Positions 18,827-27,218 of a DNA stretch of 29,245 bases are shown one piece after another. A program made the translations under genes and the position numbers. The DNA comes from Candidatus Thorarchaeota archaeon (GTDB lineage Archaea > Asgardarchaeota > Thorarchaeia > Thorarchaeales > Thorarchaeaceae). Every line of letters begins with the position of its first letter. The first letter of the stretch is position 1. The stretch spans positions 1-29,245 of the forward strand of contig JAGSHN010000014.1 in assembly GCA_029855935.1 (NCBI GenBank), read 5' to 3'. The notes below the pieces were generated by a model. It saw only the letters and a program-made list of their open reading frames with translations, had not been told where the DNA came from and did not search any database.

Positions 18827-21800
18827 CTAGGCCGTCCCGCGTCGCCGTGACATTATCACTAGGACTATCACGGTCCCCACCGCGGCTGCACCAAACAGGC
18901 CGATGATGACCAGTATCAGCGTGAGCATGTCGCCAGCTGGTGGCGTCGCCGTTGTTGTTCCAGTCTGGGCCAACACGGTGACAAAGACTGTGTCACTCTT
19001 CCAGTTTCCCGCAGCATCGTACACGACTATCGTGTAGTTGTACGTGCCAACACTCAGTCCGTCGACATTGACAGCTATTGGGCCGCCTTGCCACGTCCCG
19101 GAGTCGACCAATGAACCGTTGACGTAGAGTTCGTAGGACGCTGGGCTCGCATCGATGGGATTCCATGTGATGGTGTTGCCAGTTGTTCCCACGACGTATT
19201 CCACATCATCTGGCTCGTCGAGAGTAGGCGCATCCGTGTCGGTCACAGTGACAATCACGGTGTCTGCGGCCCTGTTGCCCGAGGTGTCGTAGACGACCGC
19301 CGTGTAGTTGTAGATTCCGTAGGGGAGATTGTCGAGGCTCACGATGATGGCGGAGCCGTTCCACGGACCGGATGTAGCCAGTGAGCCGTTGAGGTAGACC
19401 TCGTACACAAACGGATGTTCGTCGTAGGCAGTCCAAGTGATGGTGTTGCCCATCTGTCCCACCGGGAACTCCACATCCTCTGGGTGACTGATGGACGGAG
19501 CGGTCAAGTCGGCGACGTACACGAACACGGTGTCGCTTGCCGAGTTTGACGAGGCATCGGTGACAACGAGAGTGTAGTTGTACGACCCCATCGACAGGCT
19601 GTCCGCATTGATAGTGATTGGGCTGCCATCCCACCCACCTAGCTGGAGCACCGTGCCGTTACGGTAGACGACGTAGCTGTGAGGCCGGGGATCGTACGGA
19701 GTCCACGTGATGGTATTGCCTGCAGATCCCTCGCCAATATGGAGATCAGGCGGATGGTCAATTGTCGGTGGCGTGGTGTCGCGGACCGTGACGATGACCG
19801 TGTCGGTATTCGAATTGCCTGACTCGTCGTAGACGATCAGTGTGTAGTTGTAGACGCCAACGTCCAGCCCGTCTATGTCTATGGTTATCGGACTGCCGTC
19901 CCAGGTCCCAGACTCAACAACTGTCCCGTTGCGGAGTATCTCGTAGGTGGCGGGCGTTGCGTCAGAGGGGTTCCACGTTATGGCGTGCCCCGTTGTCCCA
20001 TACTCGTACTGCACATCGTCGGGATGGTCGACAATCGGAGCCGTGGTGTCCTGCACCGTCACCATAACGGTATCGGCGTTGGAGTTCCCCGACTCGTCGT
20101 ACACCACCAACGTGTAATTGTAGACGCCCACGTCTAGGCCGTCGATATTGACAGTGATGGAGCCACCATCCCACGGACCGGACTCAACAATTGTGGCGTT
20201 GCGAAGAACCTCGTAGGTGGCTGGGTTGGCATCCGACGGGCTCCATGTGATGTTGTTCCCGGTGCTGCCCACTTCGTACAGCATGTCGTCAGGATGGTCG
20301 ATTGTGGGTGCAATCAGGTCGGGCGGAGTCCAGACCATCGGATGGTAGTCAATGGATCCAGCCCCACCGGGGATTGAGTAGACGCCAGTACCGTTGTAGT
20401 CATCCCAATAGTTGCCGATGCCTGTGGTGTTCCAGTAGTTGTTCGCCCCGTCGTCAAGCGCGTTGTCTACGAGGTTCAGTCCGAGCCTGTTAAGGTATAG
20501 CAGGTTGGCCGAAGACGAGGACCCCGTGATGTACACCCCGTAGTCCTCATTTGAAAGAAGCGTGTTGTTCGTCACATTGTTGTTAGAGGAGTAGTCAATG
20601 TAGATGCCATTGCGCAGATTTGACAGCACAGTATTGTTCCTGAGAGTACAGTACGTCGACGCGTACAGATAGATGGCGTAGTAGTTCTGAGAGACCGTAC
20701 TGTCCGTCAGGTTGCAATGCGTCGAGAACGCAATCTCAACCGCCATCGACGAGTTGTGGAAGTTGCCTCCGCTGACCGAGACTCCCGTACAGTTGGCGAG
20801 GATCACCTCTCCATATTGAGAGCCATCGATGCTACCACTTGTCAGACTCCAGAAGTACCCGAGAGTCCTTCCGTTGACCGTGTTGTCTGTGGTGATGAAA
20901 TGGCGAAACTGCGTAACAACAGTTCCCTCAATCGCGAGACCGTAGTTGACAAAGGTGTTGTTGGAGAGCGTGCAGTTCTCCGAGGCCTGAATCCATACGC
21001 CCAGTCCGGTATACGAGGTGAGCGTGTTGTTGAGCAGTCTGACGGCTGTACACGAGAGGATGAGTACCCCATAGTCCTCGTTGGATGACACAGTATTACC
21101 GGTCAGAATGGTGTCCTGAGACTGCTCCACATGCGCACCCCGCACGTTTGCCGAGAGATTGTTGTCTGCAATAGTGTTGTTCCAAGACACTATGGAGTAG
21201 AAACCAATCATATTCGAGACAAGGGTGTTGTTGCTCAGGGTGTTGTTCCATGAGTAGACAGTGCCCGCGGCAATGAACGAGTCCCTCGCTGTATTGTTGT
21301 TCACCGTGCAGAACGAGGAGAACACCAGCTCAATGCCTGCGGATGTGTTCAGAAAGACACCGTTTCTGAGTTCGACATTGGTACAGTTGGCAAGAATCAC
21401 CTCTCCGTACTGTGAGCCATCTATCGTACCCGATGTGAGGTTCCAGAAGTACCCGAGTGGTCTGCCATTGACCGTGTTAGTCGTCGGGATGGTATGGTGA
21501 CACTGTTCAGACGACGCGGCAAGTATCGCAAGTCCATCACCGAGGAACTCGTTGGCAAGGACGCTTATGTTCAATGAGAGGTAGATCGTGATTCCGTGTT
21601 CCCCGTTGACCACAATGGTATTGCATATGGCAATATCATCGTGGCTGCTGTCAAAGCTGATGCCGCTATCGCCGTTCTCGATGATCAGATTGTTCGAGAT
21701 CGTGGTAGTGCCTGAGTCTTCCCTGACGAGCACACCGTTGCGGGTGTTCATTCGGATGGTGTTGTTTGCAATCGTGTTGTTCGATGAGTTCTGCGTGACC

Positions 21801-23026
21801 AGCACGCCGTCCGAGCTGCCCGACGTGATGGTATTGTTGGCTATAGTGTTGTTGTGTGATCCAAAGAGCTCAATGTTGCTCTGAGTGCTCCCAGTGACAT
21901 TGTTGGTCCTCACCAGGCAATGCGATGATGACGAGATGAGAACGCCGTTTCCATGGTTTGAGATGACCGTGTTGTTCAGGATCTGATTGAAGTTCGCCCC
22001 CTCGACCACAATGCCGTCGCCCTCGTTGTATGTGACAGTGTTGTTCGCGATGATGTTGTGTTCCGAGGAGGTGTGTATGTAGACCGCTGCTGCGCTGTTG
22101 TTGGCAATGGTATTGAACGTGATGTTGTTGTACGAGGAGTAGTAGTCAATCTCAATGCCCCACTGCATGTCCGACGAGACGTTGTTGTGGCTCACCAAGA
22201 CGTTGGTCGCATCGAACAGGACCATCGCGGCGTCATAGCCGTTCCCAACTATTGTGTTGTTCACAACGGTGCTGTTGCTGACGCTTCTGACCCAGAGGCC
22301 CTCGTTGTTGCTTCCCGTGATGGTGTTGTTCTCTATTGTGACGTTCGACAAGTACCTTACACTCACGCCGTATTTGTGGCTCGCAGTCACCACGTTGTCC
22401 CGCAGGAGGGTATTGGACGACGCATTCAGAAGCAGTGCGCTCTCCAGACCGTCATTGTGAAACGTGTTGCCAATGATCGTACTGTTCTCGGAGTCGAGGA
22501 GGCGGACGCCATCGTACTGACTGTTGGAGACATTGTTGCGGACAAGTTCGGTCCAGGGCGAGCGTTCGACTACGACCCCGTAGTACTTGTTCACGATGTG
22601 GCAGTCCTCTATCCGGCCGTTTGTCACATTTACAAACTCTATCCCGTTCCCCGACGTGCCGCCGGTCAGCAGGCACCCGCGGATGACAAAGTACACCGTG
22701 GTGTTGGCGACACTAATGCAGTCGCCCGTTGTCGTGATGTTGAGATCTGCAATCACGTACGGGTCGGCCTTCGTACCACTCCCCGGCCAGCCCTGTGATG
22801 AGAAGTCTGCGTCGGAGGTGATGGTGATCGGCGCATGTTCAGTGTAGGCAAGAATGCCTCTGGAGTCCGTGTGACTTGGACCAGTCCCCGAGCATTGTTC
22901 GGAAGGCTCATTCGTCCTGGCACCAGTCGCGTGGAAAAAGGCGACAACAGGCGCACCTAGCAGGACAGCTAGCAGAAGCAGGACAGTAGACCTGCGAGAA
23001 CAAGTTCCCAATGCGTGCACACCCAC
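18827..23026 (-). CDS. Large surface parallel beta-helix (NosD-like) protein with five Ig-like repeats and C-terminal TM anchor
   Basis: 1399 aa; signal peptide; AYTEHAPITITSDADFSSQGWPGSGTKADPYVI; PbH1 repeats; GNYWDDY; five Ig-like units; TM segment plus SRRRG. Confidence 0.92.
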   Translation of the reverse strand: MGVHALGTCSRRSTVLLLLAVLLGAPVVAFFHATGARTNEPSEQCSGTGPSHTDSRGILAYTEHAPITITSDADFSSQGWPGSGTKADPYVIADLNITTTGDCISVANTTVYFVIRGCLLTGGTSGNGIEFVNVTNGRIEDCHIVNKYYGVVVERSPWTELVRNNVSNSQYDGVRLLDSENSTIIGNTFHNDGLESALLLNASSNTLLRDNVVTASHKYGVSVRYLSNVTIENNTITGSNNEGLWVRSVSNSTVVNNTIVGNGYDAAMVLFDATNVLVSHNNVSSDMQWGIEIDYYSSYNNITFNTIANNSAAAVYIHTSSEHNIIANNTVTYNEGDGIVVEGANFNQILNNTVISNHGNGVLISSSSHCLVRTNNVTGSTQSNIELFGSHNNTIANNTITSGSSDGVLVTQNSSNNTIANNTIRMNTRNGVLVREDSGTTTISNNLIIENGDSGISFDSSHDDIAICNTIVVNGEHGITIYLSLNISVLANEFLGDGLAILAASSEQCHHTIPTTNTVNGRPLGYFWNLTSGTIDGSQYGEVILANCTNVELRNGVFLNTSAGIELVFSSFCTVNNNTARDSFIAAGTVYSWNNTLSNNTLVSNMIGFYSIVSWNNTIADNNLSANVRGAHVEQSQDTILTGNTVSSNEDYGVLILSCTAVRLLNNTLTSYTGLGVWIQASENCTLSNNTFVNYGLAIEGTVVTQFRHFITTDNTVNGRTLGYFWSLTSGSIDGSQYGEVILANCTGVSVSGGNFHNSSMAVEIAFSTHCNLTDSTVSQNYYAIYLYASTYCTLRNNTVLSNLRNGIYIDYSSNNNVTNNTLLSNEDYGVYITGSSSSANLLYLNRLGLNLVDNALDDGANNYWNTTGIGNYWDDYNGTGVYSIPGGAGSIDYHPMVWTPPDLIAPTIDHPDDMLYEVGSTGNNITWSPSDANPATYEVLRNATIVESGPWDGGSITVNIDGLDVGVYNYTLVVYDESGNSNADTVMVTVQDTTAPIVDHPDDVQYEYGTTGHAITWNPSDATPATYEILRNGTVVESGTWDGSPITIDIDGLDVGVYNYTLIVYDESGNSNTDTVIVTVRDTTPPTIDHPPDLHIGEGSAGNTITWTPYDPRPHSYVVYRNGTVLQLGGWDGSPITINADSLSMGSYNYTLVVTDASSNSASDTVFVYVADLTAPSISHPEDVEFPVGQMGNTITWTAYDEHPFVYEVYLNGSLATSGPWNGSAIIVSLDNLPYGIYNYTAVVYDTSGNRAADTVIVTVTDTDAPTLDEPDDVEYVVGTTGNTITWNPIDASPASYELYVNGSLVDSGTWQGGPIAVNVDGLSVGTYNYTIVVYDAAGNWKSDTVFVTVLAQTGTTTATPPAGDMLTLILVIIGLFGAAAVGTVIVLVIMSRRRGTA
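18970..20318 (-). repeat. Five tandem ~270-bp Ig-like domain repeats (intragenic)
   Basis: Recurring PTIDHPDD..Y..G.TGN.ITW...YNYTLVVYD units. Confidence 0.9.
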
Positions 23027-23030
23027 TGAG

Positions 23031-23083
23031 CTAACCGGTTACTAATATTGAACATTTGGTGAAAAGGTTTTTTCTAACCGGCT
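23031..23083 (-). promoter_or_regulatory. Putative promoter (BRE/TATA-like) flanked by two CTAACCGG boxes
   Basis: Minus strand GAAAAAACCTTTTCA about 35-48 nt upstream of start 23026; perfect palindrome TAACCGGTTA at 23032-23041 and CTAACCGGCT at 23074-23083. Confidence 0.4.
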
Positions 23084-23374
23084 TGAAACGAGTACTTCTT
23101 GTTCAGCTCCTTCCAGTTCAGGAATTAACAAGACTAACTGTCCCTAATCTCAGTCGGAACCACTCATTCTCCAGCTCATCCAGTGTCACAGGCGCAATCG
23201 GACTCGGAGTGATGGTGTACGCAGCTCTTCGGACCAAGTCACTACGTCGACACAGTGACCTTGCGCAGGCTCGTGTTTGGTTGTCGAATGGGCATTGTCG
23301 CCGCCGGCTATCGAATCTTGCGAACTTCGCCGCTCGTCATTGCTCGCATATGCCGCTCTGTCGTCACTCTGAGA

Positions 23375-23635
23375 TGGCCCCCGCAACGGTTTCCCCGTCT
23401 TGAAGGAGGTGTAGATGGAACCGAAGGAGCGACACATCGATGCCCGTCCTGAGGATAGAAACACACGTTGGTACAGTTTCCGATGGTTCTTGCCTCCGTA
23501 TCGCTCCGGTGGGTGGACACCCTGGACATAGTTTTTCCCAACCTATTGCGCCACATATGCCTTTGCTGTCGTATGAGAAATCTAGAATGGTTCGCCGACG
23601 ACCAAGAGCAACTCATCAGGACCTGGTATGAAGGT
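23375..23635 (-). pseudogene. Decayed constant-region copy
   Basis: Minus strand caacgtgtgtttctatcctcaggacgggcatcgatgtgtcgctccttcggttccatctacacctccttcaagacgggga matches 3082-3164 with indels; upstream ggcgaac...aaggcatatgtggc matches 2957-3003. Confidence 0.8.
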
Positions 23636-23639
23636 ATGT

Positions 23640-23879
23640 TCAGGGTTGCTCATATTTGTCAAGCCTACTTGTGAGATAGGCAGTAATCACCAAGATGGTC
23701 TCACCATCTCTCCGAAAGACTACTCGCAGCAACTTCTTGTCGATTTTCATCTGGGCGATCTTGTGACCATATCTATCGCGAAGGAATCTCCTTGATGTCT
23801 CAATTGCCTTCTTAACATACTCTTTTCGGATGTTGCGCTGTTGTATTCGCTCCAAGGCATGTTTTGTAAAGACAATCAA
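23640..23879 (-). CDS. DUF4258 family protein (predicted RelE-like toxin)
   Basis: IVFTKHALERIQQRNI...LRVVF...ILVITAY signature; basic 79 aa; start overlaps the DUF2283 stop. Confidence 0.85.
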   Translation of the reverse strand: MIVFTKHALERIQQRNIRKEYVKKAIETSRRFLRDRYGHKIAQMKIDKKLLRVVFRRDGETILVITAYLTSRLDKYEQP

Positions 23880-24100
23880 TGTCCCGAGACCTCAACTACC
23901 AGTTCATCTGTGTCGAGGCGAATCAGATGATTGAGATCGATGTTCCGTTGGGAGAATGCCAGTATCTCGACTCCAATCACCTCTCCCGCATCATTATAGT
24001 CAACAATCACGCCCTCTGCGATCTCCATGCTATCGGCAATCTTCCCCTCGCCAATCCGAAAATACATCACGTCTGCAACTCTATCGTACTCTGCACGCAT
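23876..24100 (-). CDS. DUF2283 family protein (predicted antitoxin)
   Basis: MRAEYDRVADVMYFRI...EGVIVDYNDAGEVIGVEIL signature; acidic. Confidence 0.88.
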   Translation of the reverse strand: MRAEYDRVADVMYFRIGEGKIADSMEIAEGVIVDYNDAGEVIGVEILAFSQRNIDLNHLIRLDTDELVVEVSGH

Positions 24101-24177
24101 CTGATACACAACCAGCCTTCGGGCACAAGGCGTTTTCTTGTCCAATCGATGCGGAAAACAAAATAAATTGTTCCTTC

Positions 24178-24240
24178 AAGAAGCAACAAGACTCCAAACA
24201 TCCTGTCTTCAGAGAACAATGCCACGCGTGTCTTTCGTGC
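24178..24240 (-). pseudogene. Short relic of the KTYVALYDEN segment
   Basis: Translates KTRVALFSEDRMFGVLLLL vs KTYVALYDENMQRVMMIL. Confidence 0.55.
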
Positions 24241-24247
24241 CCGAGAT

Positions 24248-24665
24248 CTACACCGGTTCAGCAGTCGGTGTTGTTGATTCTGCAAGTTGCAAGTGTTTCG
24301 TCAGTTGCCCCTCAGCTATTCCATCGAGTTTCCGAGGCTTGTCTGGATTTGGTGCCGCCTCGTCATACCTGTTCAGGCCTCCGACAACGTTGATGTTGTC
24401 GACTCTCATCTCGACGAGGGGATAGGAGTACGCCCTATAGCCGAGAATCGCCAAGCACCGGATTACACGCGATGCGTTGACGACGCTCGCCCGCGGATAG
24501 GACGACCCCGAGCCGTCAATGCTGGCAAAGAAACTATGCTCCGCGCGTAAACGGATGTTGAATCATCTGTCATTAGCATCGACCTAGACATCGCTCCGAT
24601 ACATCAGCATCACTGTCTGTGTCTGACTGTCATACAGGACTGCCCGTTCTCTTCCGTGCGTCGCG
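24248..24665 (-). pseudogene. Decayed constant-region copy with internal deletion and truncated tip
   Basis: AVLYDSQTQTVMLMYRSD (about 24590-24645), then FASIDGSGSSYPRASVVNASRVIRCLAILGYRAYSYPLVEMRVDNINVVGGLNRYDEAAPNPDKPRKLDG, stop at 24248. Confidence 0.9.
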
Positions 24666-24798
24666 GGGCTTTGTACTCTCGGCTGCCTCTGATTCGCTTG
24701 GCCGAAACAACAGTCCATCTGAACTCTTCCTTGGATCAACTCGCTCTCCGTCATCTCTATCTTCGGCCTGCTCCCGTTCCTGTTGCGCCACACGGCTC

Positions 24799-25263
24799 TC
24801 AATTGTGGGATATCTGTAGAGCATGAGGAAATTGCGAATGCTTGACTGGGGGGGGGAATATCAGAAGTCCCAAGAACATTCCCATCTTGAAACCAATATG
24901 ATTGCCGTCTATCATCCAAGGCCAGGCTAACACAAGCAGTCCACTCACGACATACGTGACGTTCACAAGTATATCATAGGCTCGCTGGTGGGTGAGATAC
25001 CTCCCCACTCGCCAGCCAGCGTCGTTCCTGAAGTGTTTCTCCCTGGCCGTGAGCGTCCCGGAGACTGACCGTTCCCCCTCAGAGACATCGACCCGATCCA
25101 TCGACCGAGTACCGAATAGAAGACGCTCAATCGGTGTCTCGAGATGAAAGGCTATCAATAGAAAGACCATGGAGAGAATCGGCAACCAGAAAGCAAGTTT
25201 CACGAGGAGGAAGTCCAGCAGATTCAGTGCCCAGTCGACTTGGGTCAAACTATCAGCCCCCAC
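24799..25263 (-). CDS. Small membrane partner protein (orphan candidate immunity); probable frameshift at a C9 tract, original end possibly 24630
   Basis: Three hydrophobic segments; G9 run at 24848-24856; removing one base joins ...LLIFPP to QSSIRNFLMLYRYPTIESRVAQQEREQAEDRDDGE, a charged tail like other partners. Confidence 0.65.
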   Translation of the reverse strand: MGADSLTQVDWALNLLDFLLVKLAFWLPILSMVFLLIAFHLETPIERLLFGTRSMDRVDVSEGERSVSGTLTAREKHFRNDAGWRVGRYLTHQRAYDILVNVTYVVSGLLVLAWPWMIDGNHIGFKMGMFLGLLIFPPPVKHSQFPHALQISHN

Positions 25264-25400
25264 GGTAACATACCGGTGTCTGGGATATGCTCAGCTCTAT
25301 TGTCAGTGCTGTGATTATCAACGTTGCTACCCACACCTCAATCGACCTCTGTTCCGCGGTAACCATAATCTCGTGTCGTTCATCATATCTTCTTGACAGC

Positions 25401-25859
25401 TCAGATAGTGTCCTTGGCGGACTTCAGCGACCTCGCCAGATACTTCGTTGCGGCCTCATACTGCCGGTCCAGAAACTCGCTCCAGTCGTAGAACTGTGCC
25501 GCACTCCTCACGCAGAAGTCCTCGTACTCTCCCTCATCGACACAGAAGAGCACGACTCCGCTCCTCATCGCGTCAAACTTCAGACCCGGATTGGCATCGT
25601 TGAGAATGACAACGTCTACATCATCGGACCCGAGGGCCTTTGCCAGAATGGACCCGATTGCCAGCTCTTCATCCAGTCCTCTGGGCGCTGACGGGTTGAC
25701 ATAGATTCCAAGATCGATGTCACTGAGGGGGCCGTCGTTTCCTGTCACCACCGATCCGAAGAGAAGGATGAACCTGACAGAGTGCTGTCTCTGTAGGATG
25801 TCAGCCACCCGTGAAACGGCCTCACGGACTGCATCCTTTGTGATATGATGCCCTGGCAT
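25401..25859 (-). CDS. mntA: Minimal nucleotidyltransferase (MNT, Pol-beta superfamily; type VII TA antitoxin-like)
   Basis: ILLFGSVVTGNDGPLSDIDLGIY (GS...DxD) and DVDVVILNDA motifs; 152 aa. Confidence 0.9.
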   Translation of the reverse strand: MPGHHITKDAVREAVSRVADILQRQHSVRFILLFGSVVTGNDGPLSDIDLGIYVNPSAPRGLDEELAIGSILAKALGSDDVDVVILNDANPGLKFDAMRSGVVLFCVDEGEYEDFCVRSAAQFYDWSEFLDRQYEAATKYLARSLKSAKDTI

Positions 25860-25890
25860 ATCCGTTCAGCTCAACATCTCTTAGTGTTCC

Positions 25891-25900
25891 CATATAAAGA
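25891..25900 (-). promoter_or_regulatory. TATA box of the MNT gene
   Basis: Minus strand CTTTATATG about 33-40 nt upstream of ATG 25859. Confidence 0.55.
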
Positions 25901-26009
25901 GTGGCGCGGGAGAACACATACACAGAGAGCAGGCTGTTCTGCGTGCCCTGTTCGGGTCTCTAGCTGATGTCGTGGAGTCTTATCCGGACCAACAGGTTTG
26001 AGTCGAAAC

Positions 26010-26345
26010 TGCAGAGATGCTGACACAGTTGGTGACCTCCAGCGCAGCGGCACATTCCACTATTGGATACAGCTATTGGCCAATGGCGCATCCTGTGGTT
26101 GCGTCCTTTTGGCACTGAGAGGGCTGCCACGCTCGATGTCTGGTTGTGGCGATAGGATTCTGTCGTTGCTGCCCGATGCAGGGGCAAAGTGGGAGAATAC
26201 AATAGCGAGGGTGCGAACCCACACACCCAGAGGAACCATTGGGATAGGTGGGATCGAGCAGATTCAAATCTGCTGCCACGTTGATGCTGTGGAGACGTAT
26301 CTCCGCCAAGATATGCGAGGAATACCAGTATCTCAGGATGATCAC
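26010..26345 (-). pseudogene. Chimeric relic: end of constant region fused to a decayed 3' half of a 27219-27638-like partner gene
   Basis: IILRYWYSSHILAEIRLHSINVAADLNLLDP resembles AILGYRAYSYPLVEMRVHDINVVADLNRHDP; adjacent LSQWFLWVCGFAPSL resembles LSQWFLFVWGFIPSL; 26010-26110 resembles 27110-27190. Confidence 0.75.
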
Positions 26346-27082
26346 AACATACCTGATTTCCTTCTATCCCGGATGAGAATGAGAATTGGGACTGCCAGTA
26401 TTGAAAACGAAAGCAGAACAAAGTAGAGGTAGATGGGATTGTTCTCCACAGTGTCTGGTGTCATGAAATGCACGGTCAGGTCATAGATATCTGAAGAAAA
26501 GGTCCTACCGGTTGTATCATTTGCAAAGAACTGAATCATCCAGGAATTGAGTGTTGTGTTAGTCGTGGCGCCGAAATATCCCCAGAAGGTATTGTTGTTC
26601 ACGAGATAGTTGAAGTGATAGTCTACCTCAGAAAAACTGTAGTCGTAGAAGGAGATTGTAGATGAATTTCCTCCCGTCCAACTCATTGTTGTGTTTTGAC
26701 TCTTGCCAGACTGCGTGTAGCTAAACCACACGGTATCACTGATTGTCAGATTCAGTAGGTCGACAATGATGGCTACCACGTAGGAATAGACGAGATCAAG
26801 ATGAACCGGGACGTGGATCTCTACACTCTGTTGCTCTGCTGAGATCCAATCACTCTTTCCATATGCCCTGCTGACATAGACCATACAACTCACGTTCTCA
26901 AACTCGATGTATTCCTGAGTGAAATCGTTGGCGCGCGAACGACTCTGATTGAGTACATGGTGGTTGCAATAGCTACTGGCAAAGATAATGATTGGGTGGT
27001 CAATCAAGAGCAGGCATACCGCGAACATTGCAAAGAGCAGAATGGACCTGCTCACATGCTGATGTTCCTGATTTCTCTCCAC
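26342..27082 (-). CDS. Membrane-anchored surface protein (N-terminal signal/TM, beta-rich domain, C-terminal TM)
   Basis: Hydrophobic N-terminus; many NxS/T sequons; IQFFANDTTG strand; C-terminal TM segment plus RDRRK. Confidence 0.8.
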   Translation of the reverse strand: MERNQEHQHVSRSILLFAMFAVCLLLIDHPIIIFASSYCNHHVLNQSRSRANDFTQEYIEFENVSCMVYVSRAYGKSDWISAEQQSVEIHVPVHLDLVYSYVVAIIVDLLNLTISDTVWFSYTQSGKSQNTTMSWTGGNSSTISFYDYSFSEVDYHFNYLVNNNTFWGYFGATTNTTLNSWMIQFFANDTTGRTFSSDIYDLTVHFMTPDTVENNPIYLYFVLLSFSILAVPILILIRDRRKSGML

Positions 27083-27089
27083 TGCTGGT

Positions 27090-27170
27090 CACCACGTTGA
27101 CCGTGTGCGTTCAGATGCTACCTCAACTGTTGAGGTTTTTCATTCTCAATTGGATATTGGCCAATGGTAC
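27090..27170 (-). pseudogene. Weak relic of the 3' end of the constant region
   Basis: tgagaatgaaaaacctcaac...atctgaacgcacacg resembles tgagagtcgacaacatcaac and acctgaacagacacg (MRVxxIN...DLNRH). Confidence 0.4.
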
Positions 27171-27218
27171 ATTCGCTGGTTGCACTTTCTTGCCCGGAGA
27201 CGACCACACGTTCTCTGT

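Noticed and set aside
6734-22956. Many 60-250 aa antisense or alternate-frame ORFs inside the large genes (e.g. 22058-22798, 6734-7270, 16668-17123)
   Set aside because: Shadow ORFs expected from GC-rich, repetitive codon usage; no independent RBS or domain signal.
9766-23026. True nosD / nitrous-oxide reductase maturation cluster
   Set aside because: Only the beta-helix fold is shared; the proteins are far larger, with Ig stalks and anchors, and no nosZ, nosF or nosY is present.
25264-25400. HEPN toxin remnant after MNT
   Set aside because: A short open frame exists but lacks the RxxxxH motif; similarity too weak to call.
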